This document shows, in pieces, positions 17,703-23,786 of a stretch of 32,000 bases of DNA. Origin of the DNA: Formosa sp. Hel1_33_131 (GTDB taxonomy: Bacteria; Bacteroidota; Bacteroidia; Flavobacteriales; Flavobacteriaceae); NCBI RefSeq assembly GCF_001735745.1, contig NZ_CP017260.1:330001-362000 (forward strand), written 5' to 3'. Made by a program: the position numbers and the translations under genes. Position 1 is the first letter of the stretch. Every line of letters begins with the position of its first letter. The notes below the pieces were generated by a model, which did not search any database, was not told the DNA's origin, and saw nothing but the letters and a program-made list of their open reading frames with translations.

Positions 17703-17742
17703 TATTCTTTAAAATAAAATTTTATTCTAAAGAATATTTTTT
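17703..17742 (+). terminator. Intrinsic-terminator-like hairpin following box C
   Basis: TATTCTTTA (17703-17711) pairs with TAAAGAATA (17728-17736) around a 16-nt loop, followed by TTTTTT (17737-17742). Confidence 0.6.
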
Positions 17743-17810
17743 GTTTATTGTTTAAATAATAGATTTAATCAAAACAATGATAATTATCTATTAAACACTT
17801 AAACATAAAA

Positions 17811-18413
17811 ATGAAAATAATATCAATTTTACTTGGAATCGTTCTCCTCGCTTTTGTCATCATACAGCTTTTTGCTTTAAATAGCCAACGGAATATTGAA
17901 ACATATCCTTATAAAGTCACTAAAAAATATGACGGCTTTGAAATACGCACGTATGATGCCACTTTATTTACTTCCGTAAAACTCTCTACCAAAAACTATA
18001 AGGAATCCTCAAGTAAGGGTTTCTCCATTTTAGCAGGGTATATTTTTGGAGGTAACGATCGGAACGAAAAAATAGCGATGACCTCCCCTGTTGCCATGTC
18101 ATTAGAAGATTCTATGACGATGCTATTTATGGTTCCAAAGAAATTTGACAAACAAACACTTCCTCAACCCAACCAATCACAAATAAAATTTAGGGAAGAA
18201 CCTGCAAAAACGGTTGCCGCCATAGCATTTAACGGATGGGCAGACGATGAAAAAATTGAAACGTACAAACAGAAATTAATCACGGCGCTGGATAATGAAG
18301 GCATCGCTTTCACAAACAGATTTTACTTTTTGGGATACAATGCACCCTACGAATTTTTTAATCGAAAAAATGAAGTGATTGTAGAGTTGCAAAAAGAACC
18401 CCTTGACCACTAA
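17811..18413 (+). CDS. SOUL heme-binding-protein family protein with N-terminal membrane anchor or signal
   Basis: 200 aa. Matches the SOUL/HEBP pattern: ETYPYKVTKKYDGFEIRTYDA, GFSILAGYIFGGN...KIAMTSPV, AAIAFNGWADDEKIE..., GYNAPYEFFNRKNEVIVEL. Confidence 0.75.
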   Translation: MKIISILLGIVLLAFVIIQLFALNSQRNIETYPYKVTKKYDGFEIRTYDATLFTSVKLSTKNYKESSSKGFSILAGYIFGGNDRNEKIAMTSPVAMSLEDSMTMLFMVPKKFDKQTLPQPNQSQIKFREEPAKTVAAIAFNGWADDEKIETYKQKLITALDNEGIAFTNRFYFLGYNAPYEFFNRKNEVIVELQKEPLDH

Positions 18414-18474
18414 ATTAATTTAGGATAGTCCATTATAAAATTCACATAAACTAAGGTTTTAAAATATTTAAAAA

Positions 18475-18945
18475 ATGAAGACATACAAACAGAGAATTAC
18501 CGGAATTTTAATTTTATTTATAATGGTGAGTTGCGCCTTAGAATCTCAATTTGCGCTTCCCAATGATGAAAAAATAATACCAGAACTCATCGGAGAATGG
18601 ATCTCTGTAGAAAATAGTGACGATCGGATTAATATTATAAAAAACAGCGAGGAATCTTATCGATTGCAAATTATCGAAAAAACTAAAATTGATGAAGAAT
18701 TAATTGGTTTCTCTAGAACCATTAATGGCTTTAGCATTATGAATCTTAAAACAGAATCCAATGATACCATTAAAAATGTTTTTTATGGCTTCAATATCAA
18801 AGGAAATACGCTCACTTTTTCCGAAGTTAATGACAAACTACATGAAAAAGAATTTGAATCGGCATCTGAACTTTTAAAGTTTTTCGAAGAAAACGTTTCC
18901 AAAAAAGATTTTTTCATCAACCATTTGGACTTAAAAAGAAAATAA
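18475..18945 (+). CDS. Hypothetical lipoprotein
   Basis: 156 aa with signal peptide and lipobox (LILFIMVSCALES). No recognisable catalytic motif. Confidence 0.55.
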   Translation: MKTYKQRITGILILFIMVSCALESQFALPNDEKIIPELIGEWISVENSDDRINIIKNSEESYRLQIIEKTKIDEELIGFSRTINGFSIMNLKTESNDTIKNVFYGFNIKGNTLTFSEVNDKLHEKEFESASELLKFFEENVSKKDFFINHLDLKRK

Positions 18946-18954
18946 AAAAAACAA

Positions 18955-19578
18955 ATGAGTGTAGAAAAAGCTTACAATATTTGGGCTCATCAATATGATA
19001 TAAATAAAAATCGAACAAGAGATTTAGATAAGAAATCAACTATCGAAACTTTAAGTAAATTCGAGTTTAAAAATGTATTAGAATTAGGTTGTGGAACAGG
19101 TAAAAACACAAGCTGGTTATTGGAAAAAGCAACACAAATAATTGGACTGGATTTTTCTCAAGAGATGCTCAACAAGGCCAAAGAAAAAATCTCAAACAAA
19201 AAAGTGGTTTTTAAAAAAGCGGATTTAAATGAAGACTGGGAAGTTGAAAACCATTTTGCAGATTTAATAACTAGTAGTTTAACTCTAGAACATATAGAGG
19301 ATTTAAATCATATTTTTGAGCAAGGGAATCTGAAGTTAAAAAAAAATGGCTTATTTTTTATAAGTGAATTACATCCTTTTAAGCAATATTCAGGAAGTAA
19401 AGCACAATATGAAACTGAAAACGGAACGCAGGAATTAGAAGTATATACGCATCATATTTCGGAATATATTGATTGTGCTAATAACAATGGATTGAAATTG
19501 GTGGAAATAAAGGAATGGTTTGATGATACAAGTCCAAATGGACTCCCTAGATTGATCTCAATTTTATTTGAGAAATAA
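18955..19578 (+). CDS. Class I SAM-dependent methyltransferase
   Basis: 207 aa. SAM-binding motif I VLELGCGTGKNT, acidic post-I residue (GLDFS) and downstream ADLITSSLTLEHI, typical of the Methyltransf_11/25 type. Starts 10 nt after the preceding gene. Confidence 0.8.
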   Translation: MSVEKAYNIWAHQYDINKNRTRDLDKKSTIETLSKFEFKNVLELGCGTGKNTSWLLEKATQIIGLDFSQEMLNKAKEKISNKKVVFKKADLNEDWEVENHFADLITSSLTLEHIEDLNHIFEQGNLKLKKNGLFFISELHPFKQYSGSKAQYETENGTQELEVYTHHISEYIDCANNNGLKLVEIKEWFDDTSPNGLPRLISILFEK

Positions 19579-19722
19579 CTATAATTTTGATGAAAACAGG
19601 AATTGTACTTCTCTAAACAATCCTATAAATGAATTCCTAACACTTCTTATATAAGCACGCTAATCTTCTTTAAAATAGGAATAAAAGCTATAAGTTTGCT
19701 CCAACCAATTTAACGAAGCACT

Positions 19723-21201
19723 ATGAGTCGCATATCAATTTTTCTATGCCTTTTAATCATTTCTTACTCTAACTATTCTCAAACAGGTTCTTGTTTTGAA
19801 TTTAATCCAGATGATTTTGTCTTGAATGGAACTGCACAACTGCTCAATGATGAGATCGTGACGCTCACTGAAGAATTAAATAATCAAGGGGGATTTCTGT
19901 GGTCTCAAAATTTGGTAGATTTTACATACGATTTCACATTAGAAGCAGAACTTAATTTTGGAACGATCGACAGCTCTGGAGCCGATGGCATCGCTTTTGT
20001 CATACAACCCTTATCGAGTGATCAAGGAAGTTCAGGGGGTGGAATTGGCTATCAAGGCATAAGCCCTTCTTTAGCCATTGAATTTGATACTTGGTTTAAC
20101 TCTAATGATCCTACGACAATGGATCACATTGCATTGGTGAAAAATGGCCTCACTGGCAGTCTCGCTGCCCACAGTGAATTCACACCTTTTACAGCAGTCC
20201 CAAATTTAGAGGATGGACAGTGGCATGCCTTAGAAATACAATGGAATGCACCTGAACAATTGTTGACATTGGTTTTTCAGGGTGTTCAAATTTTTTCTAT
20301 CGCCATCGATATATCTAACTTATTATTTAGTGGAAGTACCGACTTGTTTTGGGGATTTACGGCGGCAACAGGTGGAGCTGTGAATTTACAGCAAGTGAAA
20401 ATATTAGAGTACTGCTCCATTGATAGTAGTTGCGACACCGCACCTCCTACTGCGGACTCTCCACAAGTGTTCTGTAATTCCACAACCTTAGACGCACTTC
20501 AAATAGACGGAGAGTTGATCCGATTTTACAGCGATAATCTTGGTCGAACCCCCTTGGCTCCTACTTCAGAAATCACTGAAAACACAACTGTATTCGTCAC
20601 ACAAACTATTGATAATTGTGAGAGTCAAGATTTAATTTCAGTGGACATTATCATTGAAGGCGCTGCCGTAAATTTAAACCTTGTCGATGTAGCCGTTTGC
20701 GATATTACAACATCAACTAATTTTGATCTGACAACGCTGAGTAGTTATTTTCAATCATCTGTTACAATAACAGGCTGTTATAATTCCATTTTAGAGGCAC
20801 AAAATAAAACAAATGAAATCCAAAATCTTATGGGTTTTGAAATTCAAAATGACGGACAAATCATTTATCTAAGAATCGAAACTTCTGATTGTGATGAAAT
20901 ACAACCCCTAGTCTTTACTTCAGGGAATTGCACAGTCGTAATCCCGCAAGCATTTTCTCCTAACAACGATCAATTTAACGATCATTTTAACATCCAAAAT
21001 TTATACGGCGTACATCTCAATCATGTCTTGAAAATTTACAGCCGTCTTGGGGTATTGGTGTTTCAAGGAGATAATGACCAAAAATGGATGGGGTATTCCA
21101 AAGAAGGCGCGCTGGTTCCTGTAGGGACTTATTTCTATGTTCTTGAACTCAACAACGACACCAATGAACGGTTTGCTGGTTGGGTCTATTGTAACTATTA
21201 A
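19723..21201 (+). CDS. Secreted L-type (legume-like) lectin domain protein with T9SS type B (gliding-motility-associated) C-terminal domain
   Basis: 492 aa with a signal peptide. The N-terminal ~215 aa fit the concanavalin-A-like lectin pattern (GTAQLLNDEIVTLTEELNNQGGFLW..., GADGIAFVIQP, GGGIGYQGISPSLAIEFDTWFN, DHIALVKNG). The C-terminus IPQAFSPNNDQFNDHFNI...IYSRLGVLVF...VPVGTYFYVLEL is the CHU_C/type B sorting domain. Confidence 0.8.
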   Translation: MSRISIFLCLLIISYSNYSQTGSCFEFNPDDFVLNGTAQLLNDEIVTLTEELNNQGGFLWSQNLVDFTYDFTLEAELNFGTIDSSGADGIAFVIQPLSSDQGSSGGGIGYQGISPSLAIEFDTWFNSNDPTTMDHIALVKNGLTGSLAAHSEFTPFTAVPNLEDGQWHALEIQWNAPEQLLTLVFQGVQIFSIAIDISNLLFSGSTDLFWGFTAATGGAVNLQQVKILEYCSIDSSCDTAPPTADSPQVFCNSTTLDALQIDGELIRFYSDNLGRTPLAPTSEITENTTVFVTQTIDNCESQDLISVDIIIEGAAVNLNLVDVAVCDITTSTNFDLTTLSSYFQSSVTITGCYNSILEAQNKTNEIQNLMGFEIQNDGQIIYLRIETSDCDEIQPLVFTSGNCTVVIPQAFSPNNDQFNDHFNIQNLYGVHLNHVLKIYSRLGVLVFQGDNDQKWMGYSKEGALVPVGTYFYVLELNNDTNERFAGWVYCNY

Positions 21202-21239
21202 GGAGGCATTTTAAACGAATGTCATAAATCACAACACCC

Positions 21240-21420
21240 CTAAAATTCAATGTCAGGAATCGGACTGCCATGCGGATCGATGTCTCGCTGGCTTAACATT
21301 TGTTTTACTTTTCTGAAAAATGGACGGCTCTCTATATGCTCAATTTATTCAACAATTTCATGAATATTTTTGGGAGATCCTTAAATATCCAGATTAAAAT
21401 CTACTTTTTGGGGCAACTGT
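21240..21420 (-). pseudogene. Decayed internal fragment of a DtxR/MntR-family metal-dependent repressor
   Basis: Manual minus-strand translation gives ...IQLPQKVDFNLDI*GSPKNIHEIVE*IEHIESRPFFRKVKQMLSQRDIDPHGSPIPDIEF*. HEIxExxEHI and DPHGxPIP are the dimerisation/metal-site motifs of DtxR-family proteins. There are two in-frame stops (one is TAA at 21345-21347). The HTH N-terminus and SH3-like C-terminus are absent. Confidence 0.45.
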
Positions 21421-21571
21421 ATATAATAATTAAAACCAAAAAAGTGCGTTATTATCAATATAAAATCAAACTGTTAAAAACCTTATTTAGATTTATTATA
21501 AATAGCTTGGATATATCGAAAGACAAATATACTTTTGTCAAAAAACTATTATTTACAATAAATCTAAATAA

Positions 21572-23782
21572 ATGAAAAACCTACTTTCAATTTTAGCTCT
21601 ATTCTTGCTAACAAATTCAGCTTTCACACAAACCATAAAAGGAGTTGTTAAAGACCCAAATAATAATCTACTTTTTGGGGCTACTGTTTACAACAACACA
21701 AATAGTAAAAGTACGATTACGGATGAAGAGGGTGTATTTTCGATTGAGTCTGAAAAAGGTGAAAATAAGCTCGTCATATCCTATGTTGGCTATACGCCTA
21801 AAGTGATTAATGTCGATGGAAACAGTCGTAACCTCGGAACCATTGTATTGGAAAACGACAGTTTAGACGAAGTTGTTATTTCTGGGACGCTTCGTCAAGT
21901 TTCAAAACTTAAAAGCGCGGTTCAAATTGAACTCTATACCGCCGATTTTTTCAGAGCCACTCCAAAAGCGAGTTTCTTTGAGGCGATAGAAGGCATTAAT
22001 GGCGTCAGACCCCAACTAAACTGTAATATCTGCAATACGGGAGACATTCACATCAACGGACAAGAAGGTGCCAACACCATGGTTCTGATTGACGGACTGC
22101 CCTTGGTTAGTGGGCTCTCTACGGTTTATGGACTGTCTGGAATTCCACAATCACTCATCAAACAAGTGGAAGTGATAAAGGGCCCTGCCTCTACCCTATA
22201 CGGCTCTGAAGCCATTGGAGGCGTGATTAATTTAATCACAAAGCTCCCCGAAAATGTGCATCGCTTTAACATCGAGACCTATACCACCTCATGGGGCGAA
22301 TTAAATTTAGATCTGGGTGCTAAGTATCAATTAAAAACCATCCAAGGCTTGATTGGTGTAAATTATTTTAACTATTCCAACCCAATTGATAATAATGGGG
22401 ATGGATTTACCGATTTGACCTTACAACATCGGATATCCATTTTTAATAAGATTAAAACCAAAAAAAACAATGTCGCTTTTCGCTATTTTTATGAAGATAG
22501 ATGGGGTGGTGAAATGAACTGGAATTCAAGTCACAGAGGCGGTAATCAAGTTTATGGCGAAAGTATTTACACCAGTAGAATAGAACTGTTTGGGACGTAC
22601 GATGTTTCAGAAAATTTGTTTGTCCAATACAGTCTAAACAATCACGACCAAAATTCGGCTTATGGCACCACTTTATACAACGCATTGCAAACCATTGGCT
22701 TTATCCAAGCTGTTTATTCCAAAACACTAAAAAACCACAATCTTCTGTTTGGTGCAACCTATAGATATACAAGTTATGACGACAATACGCCTGCGACCGC
22801 AGAGAAAGAAATAACTTCGTTACCAGGGGTTTTTATTCAAGACGAATGGAAACTTAGCGATTCCCAAACCCTCCTCTCTGGTATTCGCTATGATAAAAAT
22901 TCAATTTATGGAGATATTTGGACGCCAAGACTCAACTATAAATGGGCGAGTAAAGATGAAAGCTCCATTGTTCGCCTCGGATTTGGAACCGGATACAGAG
23001 TGGTCAATGTATTTACAGAAGACCATGCCGCTCTGACGGGCGCTAGAGATGTGGTATTTACCGAAGACATTCTCCCCGAAAAATCATGGAATGTAAATGT
23101 GAATTGGAATCAAAAACTGTATTCTAAATATGGAACTATTTTTGATTTGGACCTCAGTGTATTTAAAACTGAATTTTCAAATAGAATTCTTCCAGACTAT
23201 GAAACCAATCCCAACCAGATTATTTATAGCAACTTAGACGGCAAATCGGTAACGCAAGGCGTGACCTTAAATGTCAATAGCCTGTCTGCAAACGGACTCA
23301 AAATAAATATAGGCGCTACATTTATAGATTCAAAAATCATTCAAAATAACGAAACCGAATACCCCTTCTTGACCGAGAAATTTTCAGGGAATTACAGAAT
23401 AAGCTATACGATCTACAAGCCTAAAATCACATTTGACCTCTCTGGAACGGTCATTGGACCGATGAAACTCCCGTTGCTTGGTGCGCTGGACACAAGAGAC
23501 CCAAACAGTCCAATCATCAATATAATGAACCTACAAGCAACCTATAGTTTTAAGGAGTTTGAGGTGTATGCTGGCATCAAAAATATCTTCAATTTTAAAC
23601 CTGCTGCCAACAGTATTGCACGTGCTTTTGACCCTTTTGACAAAGACGTTGAATTTGGAAGTAACGGCCAAGTAGTCGCCACTCCAAATAACCCCAATGC
23701 ATTGTCATTTGACCCCAGTTATGTGTATTACTCTAACCAAGGAAGCAATGGGTTTTTAGGACTCAGATACTATATAAAATAG
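21572..23782 (+). CDS. TonB-dependent outer-membrane receptor with N-terminal carboxypeptidase-regulatory-like domain
   Basis: 736 aa with a signal peptide. It has a CarboxypepD_reg-like start (IKGVVKDPNNNLLFGATVY...ISYVGY) and a plug domain (MVLIDGLPLVSGLSTVYGLSGIPQSLIKQVEVIKGPASTLYGSEAIGGVINLITK). A long beta-barrel ends in an aromatic residue region (GFLGLRYYIK). No SusD-like gene follows, so it is not a SusC/D pair. Confidence 0.9.
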   Translation: MKNLLSILALFLLTNSAFTQTIKGVVKDPNNNLLFGATVYNNTNSKSTITDEEGVFSIESEKGENKLVISYVGYTPKVINVDGNSRNLGTIVLENDSLDEVVISGTLRQVSKLKSAVQIELYTADFFRATPKASFFEAIEGINGVRPQLNCNICNTGDIHINGQEGANTMVLIDGLPLVSGLSTVYGLSGIPQSLIKQVEVIKGPASTLYGSEAIGGVINLITKLPENVHRFNIETYTTSWGELNLDLGAKYQLKTIQGLIGVNYFNYSNPIDNNGDGFTDLTLQHRISIFNKIKTKKNNVAFRYFYEDRWGGEMNWNSSHRGGNQVYGESIYTSRIELFGTYDVSENLFVQYSLNNHDQNSAYGTTLYNALQTIGFIQAVYSKTLKNHNLLFGATYRYTSYDDNTPATAEKEITSLPGVFIQDEWKLSDSQTLLSGIRYDKNSIYGDIWTPRLNYKWASKDESSIVRLGFGTGYRVVNVFTEDHAALTGARDVVFTEDILPEKSWNVNVNWNQKLYSKYGTIFDLDLSVFKTEFSNRILPDYETNPNQIIYSNLDGKSVTQGVTLNVNSLSANGLKINIGATFIDSKIIQNNETEYPFLTEKFSGNYRISYTIYKPKITFDLSGTVIGPMKLPLLGALDTRDPNSPIINIMNLQATYSFKEFEVYAGIKNIFNFKPAANSIARAFDPFDKDVEFGSNGQVVATPNNPNALSFDPSYVYYSNQGSNGFLGLRYYIK

Positions 23783-23786
23783 GTGT

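Noticed and set aside
19671-19705. Weaker box-like matches upstream of + strand genes: AAAATAGGAATAAAAGCTATAAGTTTGCTCCAAC at 19671-19705 and TAGTTCGTTTTTAAATTTTCGCTAC at 26494-26518
   Set aside because: Only the short ends (AAAATAG, TTTGCTCC, TAGTTCG) match, and neither is followed by the hairpin plus T-run. At 19691-19698 the TAAGTTTG is better explained as a Bacteroidota -7 promoter box for the lectin gene. The similarity is within what AT-rich spacers give by chance.
21300-21575. 91-aa + strand ORF from the track, overlapping the TonB-dependent receptor start by 4 nt
   Set aside because: It has a non-ATG start and an extremely AT-rich, low-complexity Ile/Lys/Phe/Asn composition, with no recognisable motif. 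It lies opposite the DtxR-like remnant. It is most likely a chance ORF in a decayed spacer.
21572-23782. The TonB-dependent receptor as the SusC component of a polysaccharide utilisation locus
   Set aside because: No SusD-like lipoprotein gene follows it; the next gene is convergent. It is separated from the glycan genes by more than 12 kb of unrelated surface-protein genes.
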